A stretch of DNA of 64,000 nt. It comes from Planctomycetota bacterium (GTDB lineage: Bacteria > Planctomycetota > JAJSAM01 > JAJVHW01). A model generated the notes under the pieces. That model did no database searches, had not been told where the DNA came from, and saw only the letters and a list, made by a program, of their open reading frames with translations. The stretch covers positions 3,450-67,449 of the forward strand of contig JAJRVY010000360.1 in NCBI GenBank assembly GCA_024277065.1. Reading direction: 5' to 3'. The translations under genes were made by a program, and so were the position numbers. Shown here piece by piece: positions 10,982-23,920 of the stretch (positions are counted from its first letter, which is position 1; each line of letters starts with the position of its first letter).

Positions 10982-12618
10982 CAGCAGGGCACCTCGGCTC
11001 CCTTGCGTGCGTAGAACCACCAGTTCACGACGAGGCAGGAGGCGTAGTAGCCGGCGAAGCCGTACAGCGCGTACTGCGGTGTGCCGGCCTTGATCTGCGT
11101 GGCGAAGATCTTGGGGATCAGGAACGCGCCGTAGGCGGCGATGGCGGAGGTCCATCCGAGCACCGGACCCGCCTGCTCCTTGGGGAAGATGATCGGGATC
11201 ATGCGGAACGTCGAGCCGTTGCCGATGCCCGTCGTCGCGAAGAGGACGATGAAGAGGATCAGGAACGGGAAGAAGTACTGTTCGGGCTGCGCCGACTGAC
11301 TCGCCAGCGAGACGAAGTACCCGGCGCCGATGGTCGCGGCGATCATGGCGAGCGTGTCCCAGTGGGTCACGCGCGCTCCGCCGAGTTTGTCCGAGAGCCA
11401 GCCGCCGACGGGCCGGATGAGTGCTCCGACGCCGGCACCGAGCCATATGTAGTTGGCGGTCACGGGGGCCGCCGGGTTCGTGATCGCCTCGGCCAGCGCC
11501 TGCCCGTTGGCATCGACGCGGATCACGCCGAAGACGTCGTCGAGCAGCTTGGGGAAGGCGTTGGCGTAGCCGATGAACGAGCCGAACGTCATCGTGTACA
11601 GCCACGTCATGATCCAATTGTGCTTGTTGCGGAAGATCGAGAACTGGCCGAGCAGGTTCTCTTTCGTCTCGCGCGGCGTCAGGAAGCGCATGGCGGCCAG
11701 CGTCACGAGCACCGCGATCACGAGGATCACGAAGATCTTGAGCAGCACCGGGAACCCGCCCCACGGGACGATCAGCAGGATGATGCCGACCGTCGCGCCG
11801 ACGTATCCGAGCAGCGTCAGCCACAGGTACTTGGCGACCGCCATCGGCGTCGCGCCGCACTTGTGCTGCGGCAGGTTGTTCATGAGGAAGAACGCCAGGA
11901 CCAGGAAGAAGGCCAGGATCGGCACCCACACGAGGCCCGCGTTCTGCACCCAGATCTGCTTGGCGACGCCGTCCTTGACGATCTCGTAGGGATCGCCACC
12001 CAGCTCTCCGAAGATCGAGCGCGTGATGGCCCACGGCAGCAGGAACTGCATCACGCTGACGCCGAGGTTGCCGAGACCCGCGTTGAGTCCGAGGGACAGC
12101 CCCTGCATGCGCTTCGGGAAGAAGAAGCTGATGTTGGACATGGACGACGCGAACGCGCCGCCGCCGACGCCGGAGATGGCGGCGAGGACGATGAACACCC
12201 AGAACGGGGTCGTCGGGTCCTGCAGCGCCAGGCCCGCGCCCATGGCGGGAATGATCAGCAGCAGCGTCGTCATGAACTTGACGTTGCGCCCGCCGCAGAT
12301 GGCGATCATGAACGAGTTCGGGATGCGCAGCGTGGCGCCCGCGAGACCGGCGACGGCCGGCAGCGTGAACAGCAGCGCGCGATAGTAGTCGCCGACGTAC
12401 GGCTGACCCTCGTGCATGAACGTGAAGTCGAACAGCGACGTGTCGGCGAAGTGCAGTGCCTGGATGAACTTCGCCAGCATTCCCCAGTAGAGCCAGACCG
12501 AGAACGCGCAGAGCAGGTTCGGGATCGAGATCCACAGGTTGACGTTGGCGATCTTCTTGCCGGTGGACTCCCAGAACGAGTCGTCCTCGACGTCCCAGTG
12601 CTCGAGCGTGCGGCTCAT
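10981..12618 (-). CDS. narK: MFS nitrate/nitrite antiporter NarK
   Basis: 545-aa MFS protein immediately after narI (4-nt overlap). NarK-like N-terminus and 12+ TM pattern. Confidence 0.85.
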   Translation of the reverse strand: MSRTLEHWDVEDDSFWESTGKKIANVNLWISIPNLLCAFSVWLYWGMLAKFIQALHFADTSLFDFTFMHEGQPYVGDYYRALLFTLPAVAGLAGATLRIPNSFMIAICGGRNVKFMTTLLLIIPAMGAGLALQDPTTPFWVFIVLAAISGVGGGAFASSMSNISFFFPKRMQGLSLGLNAGLGNLGVSVMQFLLPWAITRSIFGELGGDPYEIVKDGVAKQIWVQNAGLVWVPILAFFLVLAFFLMNNLPQHKCGATPMAVAKYLWLTLLGYVGATVGIILLIVPWGGFPVLLKIFVILVIAVLVTLAAMRFLTPRETKENLLGQFSIFRNKHNWIMTWLYTMTFGSFIGYANAFPKLLDDVFGVIRVDANGQALAEAITNPAAPVTANYIWLGAGVGALIRPVGGWLSDKLGGARVTHWDTLAMIAATIGAGYFVSLASQSAQPEQYFFPFLILFIVLFATTGIGNGSTFRMIPIIFPKEQAGPVLGWTSAIAAYGAFLIPKIFATQIKAGTPQYALYGFAGYYASCLVVNWWFYARKGAEVPC

Positions 12619-13304
12619 CGTTCACCCCGTGCGGCCGGTCCGCCGCGGTTCCATATGACGACCTGCGGGCGTCGCCACAGGTACATGTTGGGAATGACAA
12701 GGACGTGCACGAGGCGCGTGAACGGGAAGAACGCGATCAGCACGAACGCATTGACGATGTGCGTCTTCACCAGCCACGGCAGGGGCGCCACGAAACTGAC
12801 GTCCGGCGAGAAGGCGACCAGCGACCACAGCCACGGGCTGGCCGACGTGGCGAACCACGACGAGCCCCAGCCGTGGAAGTAGGCGATCAGTACGCCGCTC
12901 ACGACCTGCACGAGGAGCAGCGCGTACACGACCCAGTCGGCGAGCGTGCTCACCCTGCGGACGCGCGAGTTGCGCAGGCGCCGCACGACGACGAGCACGA
13001 GGCCGACCAGGGTCATCAGGCCCAGCATCAGTCCGGTCGCCTCGAGCAGGAACAGCCGCCACGGAGCGGCGTTCCAGCCGAGGATCAGTTGCGGCGTGAG
13101 GAACGCGACGACATGCCCCGTCAGCACGGTCAGGATGCCGTAGTGGAAGGGCACCGAGCCCCAGAAGTGCTGCTTGTTCTCGAGGAACTGCGAGGACAGG
13201 CTCGAGTACGTGAACTTGCTCTGGCGGTAGCGCTGCACGGTCACGACCAGGAACAGCACCACTGCGACATACGGCAGGACGCCGAACAGGAAGAAGTCAC
13301 TCAC
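12615..13304 (-). CDS. narI: respiratory nitrate reductase gamma subunit NarI (dihaem b, quinol oxidising)
   Basis: 229 aa, 5-TM pattern with conserved His residues. Typical position after narJ. Confidence 0.9.
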   Translation of the reverse strand: MSDFFLFGVLPYVAVVLFLVVTVQRYRQSKFTYSSLSSQFLENKQHFWGSVPFHYGILTVLTGHVVAFLTPQLILGWNAAPWRLFLLEATGLMLGLMTLVGLVLVVVRRLRNSRVRRVSTLADWVVYALLLVQVVSGVLIAYFHGWGSSWFATSASPWLWSLVAFSPDVSFVAPLPWLVKTHIVNAFVLIAFFPFTRLVHVLVIPNMYLWRRPQVVIWNRGGPAARGER

Positions 13305-13878
13305 TCTCCACCTCCCCGCCGTAGTGGCGTTCGAGGACGCGCGCGGTTGCCGAGAGCAGCCCGCGGTAGGGATTGCCGCCCGCGCCGGCGAGCTTCTCGC
13401 ACATGCCGCGCACAGCCGGGCCCGCGAAGCGCACGGCGAGCGCGCCGGCCGACGGACCCTCGAGTCGCGCCAGAACGCGCAGCACGTTCGGCAGGTGGTC
13501 GGCGAGCTCGGTGCCCGGATCGACGGCCGCGTCGCGGCAGAGCTGCTGCGCGCGCACGAGGAACGTGCCGCGCGCGTACTGCTCGCCGTAGAGCTGCCAG
13601 CCGACCTCCAGCGCGCACACGGGGTTCAGCTCGAACGTCCGTACGTAGAGCTCTTCGCACGCGGCGCGGTCCGACGTGCGCAGGTGCTCCTCCAGCGGCG
13701 TCAGGTCATCTGCGGCGTCCGGGCAGTCCGTGGCGACGACGGCGAGCGCCGCAGCGGCGCCGGCCGCGGCGTCCTCGCGCGGGTAGCCGTACAGCGTGGC
13801 GAGCGCGTCGAGCGCCGGGAAGACGAGCGCCTCGGGGGCGGGCGCCCGAGAGCCGATCGGGAGCGACGTGGCCGGCAC
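13297..13878 (-). CDS. narJ: nitrate reductase assembly chaperone NarJ (TorD family)
   Basis: 193 aa, located between narH and narI, with a NarJ/TorD-like sequence. Confidence 0.8.
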   Translation of the reverse strand: MPATSLPIGSRAPAPEALVFPALDALATLYGYPREDAAAGAAAALAVVATDCPDAADDLTPLEEHLRTSDRAACEELYVRTFELNPVCALEVGWQLYGEQYARGTFLVRAQQLCRDAAVDPGTELADHLPNVLRVLARLEGPSAGALAVRFAGPAVRGMCEKLAGAGGNPYRGLLSATARVLERHYGGEVESE

Positions 13879-13879
13879 G

Positions 13880-15370
13880 TCAGTTCCCCCGCGCCGGGGC
13901 GTTGCGGAAGCCGAAGCCCACCGAGCTGCGGTGTGTGTGCGGATCCTCCATCATCTCGATGGCCATCTCGCGCTGGAACGGCGGGATGATGCAGCGCTCG
14001 TCCATGTTCGCCAGCGTCGTCAGGCGGTAGATGCGGTCGGCCTGCTCCCACGTGCAGTCGGCCTGTGCGAGGGCGCGTTCAGCGGTCTCCTTCGTGACGT
14101 CGCCGACCGTCAGGTGGCGGCGCACCAGGCGCACGGCCCACTGCTTGCGCAGCGCGTAGCGCACGACGCCGTCGTTGCCGCCGCCGAACAGCGAGCCGAA
14201 GTACTGGATGGGCGCGCGCGCTTTCTCGATGTCCGCGAAGAGGTCGTCGATGTCGTTGTCGATGACGTCGTTCTCCTTGCTCGACATCACCGGCAGGAGG
14301 GGCGGGACGTAGAAGAGCATCGGGAACGTGCGGTACTCGATGTGCGGCGGCAGCGCGATACCGAACTCCTTCACGAACGCGTACACCGGCGAGCGCTGCG
14401 CGGACTCGATGATGCCTTCGTGGATGCCGTTCTTGCGGGCCGCCTCGAGGACGTGCTCGTCGAACGGATCGAGGATCATGCGCCGCTGCGCGTCCACGAG
14501 CTCGTCGTCCGGCAGGTTCGCGATCTCGGGCAGCATGTCGGCGTCGTAGAGGACGTTGCCGATGTAGCGGATGCGGCCGACGCAGGAGTGGAAGCAGGCC
14601 GGCGCCTGGCCCGTCTCGAGACGCGGGAAGCACAGGATGCACTTCTCGGACTTGCCCGTGGACCAGTTGTAGTACGTCTTCTTGTAGGGGCAGGCGGCGA
14701 CGCAGGCGCGCCATGCACGGCAGACCTGCTGGTTGATCAGGACGATGCCGTCCTCACCTCGCTTGTAGAGCGCGCCCGACGGGCAGCTCGCGACGCAGGC
14801 CGGGTTCAGGCAGTGGTGGCAGATGCGCGGCAGGTAGAAGAACACGAGCCGCTCGATGGACATCATCTGCAGGCGCTGGTTGGGCGTCAGCGCCTCCATG
14901 TTCGGGTCGTTGCGCGCGTAGATCTGCGAGCCGCCGAGGTCGTCGTCCCAGTTGGGGCCCGCCTCGACGTCGATCTGCTCGCCCGTGATCTTGGAGATGG
15001 GCACGGCGACGGGCTGGTCGTCGCCCTCGGGAGCGTTGAACAGCTCCTTGAAGTCGTACGTCCACGGCTCGTAGTAGTCGTCCATGCTCGGCATGGACGT
15101 GTTGTGGAAGATGTTGGGGATGATGCGGGCCTTGCCCGTGGAGCGCAGGCTGAGCTTCTTGCCGTCGGTCTTCCAACCGCCGCGGTAGCTCTCCTGATCC
15201 TCCCACTTCGTCGGATAGCCCGTACCGGGCTTGGTCTCGACGTTGTTCCACCACATGTACTCCGTGCCTTCGCGGTCGGTCCACACGTTCTTGCAGGCCA
15301 CCGAGCACGTGTGGCACCCGATGCACTTGTCGAGGTGGAAGACCATCGAGACCTGTGAGCGGACGTCCAT
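13880..15370 (-). CDS. narH: respiratory nitrate reductase beta subunit NarH
   Basis: Starts MDVRSQVSMVFHLDKCIGCHTCSVACKNVW. Cys clusters CHHCLNPACVASCP, CRAWRACVAACP and CILCFPRLE...CFHSC. The upstream part of track ORF 13880..16906 is an artefact. Confidence 0.93.
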   Translation of the reverse strand: MDVRSQVSMVFHLDKCIGCHTCSVACKNVWTDREGTEYMWWNNVETKPGTGYPTKWEDQESYRGGWKTDGKKLSLRSTGKARIIPNIFHNTSMPSMDDYYEPWTYDFKELFNAPEGDDQPVAVPISKITGEQIDVEAGPNWDDDLGGSQIYARNDPNMEALTPNQRLQMMSIERLVFFYLPRICHHCLNPACVASCPSGALYKRGEDGIVLINQQVCRAWRACVAACPYKKTYYNWSTGKSEKCILCFPRLETGQAPACFHSCVGRIRYIGNVLYDADMLPEIANLPDDELVDAQRRMILDPFDEHVLEAARKNGIHEGIIESAQRSPVYAFVKEFGIALPPHIEYRTFPMLFYVPPLLPVMSSKENDVIDNDIDDLFADIEKARAPIQYFGSLFGGGNDGVVRYALRKQWAVRLVRRHLTVGDVTKETAERALAQADCTWEQADRIYRLTTLANMDERCIIPPFQREMAIEMMEDPHTHRSSVGFGFRNAPARGN

Positions 15371-15474
15371 GGTGTTGTCCTTCTTGCTTGGTGTTCGAAG
15401 CTCGGATCGTGGCGGGCGGCGAGGGGGCGGGAGCGGGGCGGTGGCGGACGCGGCGAGACGCGGCGAGACGCGGC

Positions 15475-16527
15475 TCACCACACGAGTTCGGGCAGCTTGC
15501 GCACGTAGATCTGCGTGTCGCGGTTGCAGCCCGTCGGGCCCCAGTAGTTGAAGTGGAACGTGAACTGCCCGTAGCCGCCGGCCATGAGGTTCACCTTGAG
15601 GCGCGTGCGGGTCATGCTGTTGTGACCGCCCGCGCGCTTGTGTCCGCGCAGCGGCGACTTCGGGATCGAGTACGTGCGCTCGGGGGAGTGGTACTGGATG
15701 CAGATGCCGCGCGGGATGCGCGCACTGACGACCGCGCGCGTCACCACGACGCCGTTGTCGTTGTGCACCTCGACCCAGTCGTTGTCCACGATGTCGAGGG
15801 ACTCCGCGTCGGTCTCGTTCATCCAGAGCGGGTCGCAGCCGCGGCCCAGCGTGGTCATGCGCTCGTTCTCGCCGTACGTCGAGTGGATGTGCCACTTGCC
15901 GTGTGGTGTCAGATAGTTCAGCTCGAGCGTCGGCCCGACCTTCTCGCTGAAGCGCAGGTCGGCGAACTCGGCCGGCGGCGGCCCCGGCTTGTACGTCGGG
16001 ACGTGCTCGCCGAACTCCAGGTAGAGCGGGTGGTCGAGATAGAGGTGCTGGCGTCCGGTCAGCGTGCGCCAGGGCACCATCCGCTCGCGGTTGTAGGTGA
16101 ACGGCGCGTACGCGCGGCCGCTGTTGGTGAGCCCCGACCACATGGGGCTGTTCAGCAACCGCCGCGGCTGTGCCTGCAGGTCCGCGAACTGCACGCGCAC
16201 GTTGCGGTTGCCGTCCGCGAGATCGGCGAGCGGCAGGCCGACCTTCTCCTCCATGTCCTTGTACGAACGCCACGCCAGTTCGCCGTTCGTGACCGTGGCG
16301 AGCACGAGGATGACGTTGGCGACGTCGCGGGCGCGCTCGAGCGAGAGATGCTCGGCGCCGTCGATGGTGCGCGAGGGGTTCGTCCGCACGAGCTCGTCGT
16401 GGACGTCGGTGATGTCGTAGTGCGTGCCGTGCGCGCCGAGGCCGTTCTTGCGCGGGAGATGGCCGTACGAGATGTACTTCTCGTAGACGTTCTTGTAGTC
16501 GCGCTCGACCACCGCGAACTTCGGCAT
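15475..16527 (-). CDS. narG: NarG C-terminal part; continues in frame from 16570..19116 across a TAG
   Basis: [22 protein letters not shown]... aligns with the NarG region after the GECDLIPGKT segment. Homology continues upstream to nt 16569 ([14 protein letters not shown]). Same frame as 16570..19116. Confidence 0.9.
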   Translation of the reverse strand: MPKFAVVERDYKNVYEKYISYGHLPRKNGLGAHGTHYDITDVHDELVRTNPSRTIDGAEHLSLERARDVANVILVLATVTNGELAWRSYKDMEEKVGLPLADLADGNRNVRVQFADLQAQPRRLLNSPMWSGLTNSGRAYAPFTYNRERMVPWRTLTGRQHLYLDHPLYLEFGEHVPTYKPGPPPAEFADLRFSEKVGPTLELNYLTPHGKWHIHSTYGENERMTTLGRGCDPLWMNETDAESLDIVDNDWVEVHNDNGVVVTRAVVSARIPRGICIQYHSPERTYSIPKSPLRGHKRAGGHNSMTRTRLKVNLMAGGYGQFTFHFNYWGPTGCNRDTQIYVRKLPELVW

Positions 16528-16569
16528 CGTCTTGCCGGGGATCGGCTCGCACTCGCCGCGGTACCAGTC

Positions 16570-19112
<2,543 letters not shown>

Positions 19113-19116
<4 letters not shown>

Positions 19117-20009
19117 CGGGTGGTTCCCTTCACGAGCGGCCGGCGCACGGCCCGGAAGCGGCGGCGCCATATGAGGTCGAACAGGACGAGCGCGCCCATC
19201 ACCCCGGCGATGCCGGCGATGAGGAACTCGAGCGGCCCCTGCTTGGTCGCGGGCGGCCCGGCCTCGGCGCGCGATTTCAGGTAGGCCACGAGCGCGAGGA
19301 CCTCCTCGCCCTCGATGGGCCGGTCCTTGAAGACGGGCTGCATCGTGAGCCCCGGAGGGGCGGCCAACCACGACGCCAGCGCCTTGCGCCCCTCGAGGCG
19401 CGAGAAGGCGTCGGTCAGGTCGGGGCCGAGGCGTCCGCCCCCGAACCCGCCCGTGCCGTCGATGGTGTGACAGCCGAGGCAGGACGGTGCGCCGGAGGCG
19501 ATGGCCTCGGTGCCCTCGAAGAGGCGCTGCCCGCGGTCGATGTCATGCTGCGTGAGCGGCCGGTCGCTGATCTGCAGGCCCTTGAAGCGCGACTCCTCCT
19601 TCGTGGACTCGTAGGCGATCAGCTCGAGGAGCGCTGCCGCGCGCTGGCGCGTCATCCCCGGCAGCGTCGGCATGTAGAGACCGTTGGCCTCCTTGAACAA
19701 CGCCTGGGCGTCCGCATCACCGCTGTCGATGACGCGCTTGGGATCGACGATGAACGTCGTGAGCCACTCGATCGACTGGCGCTCGGCGACATCCTTGAGG
19801 TCCGGCCCCGTGAGGCGCCCGCCGCCGATCGTGTGGCAGCTCGTGCAGTTGAGCCGGAAGTACTCGACCGTCTCCTCGGAGATGTCGGCGTCCTGCGCCG
19901 CCGCGGTTCGTGTCAGCGGCGCGGCGCACGCGAACCCGGTGGCGACGAGCGCGATCACCAGGACTCTGTGCGCAGCCTGTTGTGTGTGCATGGACGCTTG
20001 CGTGTTCAT
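19113..20009 (-). CDS. narC: membrane-anchored dihaem cytochrome c, NarC-like
   Basis: Signal peptide, two CxxCH motifs (CTSCH, CLGCH) and a C-terminal TM helix ([20 protein letters not shown]). First gene of the nar array, the same position as narC in Thermus narCGHJIK. Confidence 0.7.
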
Positions 20010-20092
20010 GGACCAGGGCCCTCCAGCCTGCACCCCCGCGTCACGAACCGCGTGCCGCGCTCGCGGGATGATCTCCCGTTGGCAACGTAAGT

Positions 20093-20107
20093 CTGTTACA
20101 ATAACAG
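20093..20107. promoter_or_regulatory. AT-rich palindrome CTGTTA-N3-TAACAG upstream of narC (candidate operator)
   Basis: Perfect 6-3-6 inverted repeat inside a roughly 30-nt patch of about 35% GC, 84-98 nt upstream of the narC ATG. Function is inferred only. Confidence 0.25.
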
Positions 20108-20269
20108 GGTTACGGCCATCCCGCGGCGCGTGCCCGGAGGTCTCGGGGTGCATCGCGCGGTATGCGGCGCGGCGCGGCGCCGGCGGTGAAACGCCCGCTG
20201 CGGGCGGTTGCGGCACTGCATACCGCGCGATGCGGCGGGTGCCGCGCCGGTGGCGCCGCGCGGGAGCGA

Positions 20270-21649
20270 TCAGGCGCGGTCGAACGCCGCGCGGTCGATG
20301 CCGAGCTGGCGCATGATGCGCTGGAGGGCCGCGCGCGTCAGGCCGCAGCGGGAGGCGGCGTGGGTGACGTTGCCGCCGCACGCGGCGAGGGCGCGCTCCA
20401 CGAACTCGCGCTGGAAACGTGCGAGTGCCCGGCGCTTGCTCTCGTCGTAGTCGCCGGGGGCGTCGTCCTCGAACGTCCAGCGCTCCTCGCCGAGCCCCAG
20501 GTGGTGCGGGAAGACGTGCTCCCCTGCGCACACGACGACGGCCCGCCGCACGGCATTCTCGAGCTCGCGGACGTTACCCGGCCAGTCGTGGCTCGTCAGC
20601 GCGTCGAGCGCCGACGGCGTCATCTCGGGGGCGCGCGCATCGTCGCCGAGGCAGCTCCTGACGGCACGGAGCATGAAGTGCCGGGCGAGCGGCACGATGT
20701 CGCTGGCGCGCTCGCGCAACGGCGGCAGCAGGATCGAGACCACGCGCAGCCGGTAGTAGAGATCCTGCCGGAACTCGCCCGTGGCGATCATCTCCTCGAG
20801 ATCGCGATTCGTCGCGGCAACCAGCCGGAACTCCACCGGCACGTCGCGCGCGCCGCCGAGAGGCCGCACGACCTTCTCCTCGAGTACGCGCAGCAGCTTG
20901 CCCTGGAAACTCAGCGACATCGAGGCGATCTCGTCGAGGAACACCGTCCCGCCGCGCGCCGCCTCGAACAGTCCGCGCCGAGCGGAGTCGGCCCCCGTGA
21001 ACGCACCCTTCTCGTGCCCGAACAGTTCACTCTCGAGCAGCGTGTCGGGCAGCGCCGCGGCGTTGACCGCCAGGAACGGCCGGTCGGCAACGGCGCTGCG
21101 CCGGTGCAACTCGCGCGCGACGAGTTCCTTGCCCGTGCCTGTCTCCCCTTCGATCAGCGCCGGCACGGGCGCGCGCGCCACGCGTCCCACGAGGTCGAGC
21201 ACCGCACGCATGCGCGGGTGCTCGCCGACGATGCGTCGCTCGCCGTCGGTCGGCGGGGCCTCGCGGGCCGCCAGGATCTGGCGTCCGAGGCGCGTGACGA
21301 GTCCGGTGATCTCCTCGTTGTCGAAGGGCTTCGTCAGGAAGTGCGACGCTCCGTGGCGCATGCACCACACGGCCGTCTGGATGGTGCCGAAGCCGGTCAG
21401 GATCACCACCACCGTGCCGGGCCACTTGGCGCCGATCTCCGCCAGTAGCTCGGTGCCCGACATCTCGGGCATCTGCAGGTCGGTGAGGACGAGGTCCACC
21501 GGCTCTCGCGACATGACCTGCACCGCTTCGCGGCCCGAGGCGGCTGTCGCGACCTGCGCGCCCAGTGGTTCGACGAGCAGCCGCAGGCCGAGCCGGATGT
21601 CCGCCTCGTCGTCCACGAGCAGGACGCGCAGGCCGCTGAGCGTCGTCAT
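20270..21649 (-). CDS. sigma-54-dependent response regulator (REC-AAA+-HTH, NtrC family)
   Basis: REC domain (LLVDDE...[10 protein letters not shown]), Walker [15 protein letters not shown] loop ([15 protein letters not shown]) and a C-terminal Fis-type HTH. ATGA overlap with the kinase gene. Confidence 0.92.
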   Translation of the reverse strand: MTTLSGLRVLLVDDEADIRLGLRLLVEPLGAQVATAASGREAVQVMSREPVDLVLTDLQMPEMSGTELLAEIGAKWPGTVVVILTGFGTIQTAVWCMRHGASHFLTKPFDNEEITGLVTRLGRQILAAREAPPTDGERRIVGEHPRMRAVLDLVGRVARAPVPALIEGETGTGKELVARELHRRSAVADRPFLAVNAAALPDTLLESELFGHEKGAFTGADSARRGLFEAARGGTVFLDEIASMSLSFQGKLLRVLEEKVVRPLGGARDVPVEFRLVAATNRDLEEMIATGEFRQDLYYRLRVVSILLPPLRERASDIVPLARHFMLRAVRSCLGDDARAPEMTPSALDALTSHDWPGNVRELENAVRRAVVVCAGEHVFPHHLGLGEERWTFEDDAPGDYDESKRRALARFQREFVERALAACGGNVTHAASRCGLTRAALQRIMRQLGIDRAAFDRA

Positions 21650-23901
21650 GCCGGCGTGCCCTCCGCTGTGCGTGGCGCGTCCGGAGCCGGCCGTGTCGAA
21701 TGCGCCGAACGCAGGCGGACGCGGAACACGGTGCGCCCCGGTGCCGACTCGACGAGCTCGATGCCGCCACCGTGCAGTTCGGCGATGCGGCGCGCGGTCG
21801 GCAGCCCGAGGCCCGTGCCCTCGCCGCGCGGCTTCGTGGAGAAGAACGCGTCGAAGGCCCTCGCCCGGACGCCCGCCGGGATGCCCGGCCCCGTGTCGGT
21901 CACGTCGGTGACGAGCGCGCCCTCGTCGTTCGACGTCCGCAGGGTCACGGTCACGGGAGCGTCCGCCGCGCCGCAGTCCTCGGCGGCGGCCACCGCCTGC
22001 ACGGCGTTGAGCACCAGATTGACGAACAACTGCCGGATCTGGATCTCGTCGCCGCTCACGACGTCGTCGTCGGCCGTCAGCTCCGTCGTGACGGTGACGT
22101 GCGCGCGCTCGGCGAGAGGCCGCGTGAACTGCGCGACGTCGTGCAGCACGGCGTGGACCGCGACCGGCCCGGCCTCGGGCGCGGAGTCGTTGGCGTAGCC
22201 GAGCAACTCGCCGATGGAGCGTCGGCAGGTCTCGGTGTTGCGCACGATCACGTCGGCGTACTCGCGATACGGCGACTGCGGCGGCAGTGCATCGACCAGC
22301 ATCTGCGCGAACATGCGGATCGCCGTCAGCGGGTTGTTCAACTCGTGGGCCATGACCGCCGCGACCTCGCCGAGTACGCTGAGCCGCTCGCGGTGGATGT
22401 CGCGCTCGTCGCGCGCCAGCCGCTCCGTGATGTCACGCGCGACGAGGACGCGGCCGCGGCGGCCGTCGTCTCCTGGTGGCAGCCGCGTCACGTGGACCTC
22501 GAGCACGCGGTCGTCCACGTCGAGCACGCACGATGCCGTCGTCTTCTCGCGCTGTAGGAGACACGCCGCGCAGTCGCGCGTCGCCTCCTGCTGCCGGCAC
22601 ACGTAGTGCGACGTCAGGTGCTCGTCGCCGCGGGCGAGCATCTCCATCAGAGGCTTCGCCGCGTCGTTGCCGAGGAGCGGGCCGCCGTCGGCGTCGAGCA
22701 CGACGAGGCCGTCGCGCAGCGTGCGGATCACGGTGTCGAGGCGCTCGTGCTGTGCCCGCAGCCGCCGCTGCTGCGCACGGAGCTCCTCGGCGGCGCGGCT
22801 CAGGCTGTCGGTCTTCTCGTGCACGGCCTCGGCCATGTGATTGAACGAGCGCGCGAGGTCGCCGATCTCGTCCGCCGAATCGACCGCGACGCGCACGGAG
22901 TAGTCGCCGGCGCGGATGCGGCGGGCGGCTTCGCGCAACTCGCCGAGGGGGCGCACGAGGAAGCGCATCGGGAAGAGCAGCAGCACCGCGCACAGCAGCG
23001 CCAGCACGATTCCGACGCCCAGGAAGCGGCTCTGCAGACCCGAGACGGGGGCGAACGCGTCGAGACTCCGCAGCCGCACGCGGACCTCCCAGCCGTTCTC
23101 GCGGATCGGGATGCTGCGCGTGAAGCCGCCGTCCGCGCGGCCCTCGCGGGCCGTGTCGCGGCGGACGCGGCCGTGCCCGTCATCGCCGGCCGTCGGGACC
23201 TCGGTGAGGCTCTCGCCGCGGTGATCGACGATGCGCAGGACGATCGGCGTGTGGCGCGCGGAGTCGTCGTCGGGTGTCGGCCGGATGCCCTCGAGCGACG
23301 CGCTGATCCAGACCGACGTGTCCACCCACGCCACCAGCCGTCCGATGGCGTCGCCCCCGTGCAGCCGCCGCAGCGGGGTCGAGATGACCTGCAGCGGCGG
23401 TTCGCCGGGCGCCGCGGCCAGGAGGTCGCTGTGGTGCAGCTCCTCCCTCGCGAGAGCGTCCGAGATCGCCGCCGCGTCGCCGCTGTCCGCGACCTCCCCG
23501 ACATCGATGCGCGCGCTCCTGTCGTTCGAGATGAGCGTCAGCCCGACGAACGCCGGCACGAGCGGGAGCTTGTTCGCGAGGAGATGGCGCGTCAGCTCGT
23601 CGCGCAGGCCACGCCGTGTGTCGTCGTCCTCCGCGGCGACGAGCGCGTCGAAGCGCTCGCGCAGGAAGCCGTCGGACGCGAAGTCCTCGGTGCGCCGCCC
23701 GAGCAGCCGCAGCCCGTCGTTGAGGGCGCGCGCCGACGCCCGGCCCTGCAGGTCGATGCGCGCCTTGATCTGTTCCTCCAGCGCGCTGCTCCCCGACCGC
23801 GAGACCAGGAAGCCGCCGACACCGAACGCGAGCAGGCACACGCTGACGAAAGCGAGCGTGAGCTTGTACTTGACGGACATACAGTGCAGGGGGTCGCGCA
23901 T
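21646..23901 (-). CDS. sensor histidine kinase (periplasmic sensor, HAMP, PAS, HisKA, HATPase)
   Basis: HAMP (IRAGDYSVRVAVDSADEIGDLARSFNHMAEAV), H-box (MAHELNNPLTAI), G-boxes (DTGPGIP, GTGLGL). Start is uncertain (ATG 23901 with a GGGGG Shine-Dalgarno, or ATG 23880). Confidence 0.88.
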   Translation of the reverse strand: MRDPLHCMSVKYKLTLAFVSVCLLAFGVGGFLVSRSGSSALEEQIKARIDLQGRASARALNDGLRLLGRRTEDFASDGFLRERFDALVAAEDDDTRRGLRDELTRHLLANKLPLVPAFVGLTLISNDRSARIDVGEVADSGDAAAISDALAREELHHSDLLAAAPGEPPLQVISTPLRRLHGGDAIGRLVAWVDTSVWISASLEGIRPTPDDDSARHTPIVLRIVDHRGESLTEVPTAGDDGHGRVRRDTAREGRADGGFTRSIPIRENGWEVRVRLRSLDAFAPVSGLQSRFLGVGIVLALLCAVLLLFPMRFLVRPLGELREAARRIRAGDYSVRVAVDSADEIGDLARSFNHMAEAVHEKTDSLSRAAEELRAQQRRLRAQHERLDTVIRTLRDGLVVLDADGGPLLGNDAAKPLMEMLARGDEHLTSHYVCRQQEATRDCAACLLQREKTTASCVLDVDDRVLEVHVTRLPPGDDGRRGRVLVARDITERLARDERDIHRERLSVLGEVAAVMAHELNNPLTAIRMFAQMLVDALPPQSPYREYADVIVRNTETCRRSIGELLGYANDSAPEAGPVAVHAVLHDVAQFTRPLAERAHVTVTTELTADDDVVSGDEIQIRQLFVNLVLNAVQAVAAAEDCGAADAPVTVTLRTSNDEGALVTDVTDTGPGIPAGVRARAFDAFFSTKPRGEGTGLGLPTARRIAELHGGGIELVESAPGRTVFRVRLRSAHSTRPAPDAPRTAEGTPA

Positions 23902-23920
23902 CAGCCCCCGTACTCTCGGC

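Noticed and set aside
10982-12700. The N-terminal 570 aa of track ORF 10316..12700, and the N-terminal 512 aa of ORF 13880..16906
   Set aside because: Only the C-terminal parts (ActA from ATG 10981, NarH from ATG 15370) are real. The upstream parts overlap narK and narG in another frame and are compositionally non-coding.
20010-20269. A sigma-54 promoter (TGGCAC-N5-TTGC) for narC
   Set aside because: The best candidates on the minus strand (TGGCCGTAACCCTGT and CGGCACCCGCCGCAT) have wrong spacing or lack the -12 GC. They are not supportable by eye and need a matrix scan.
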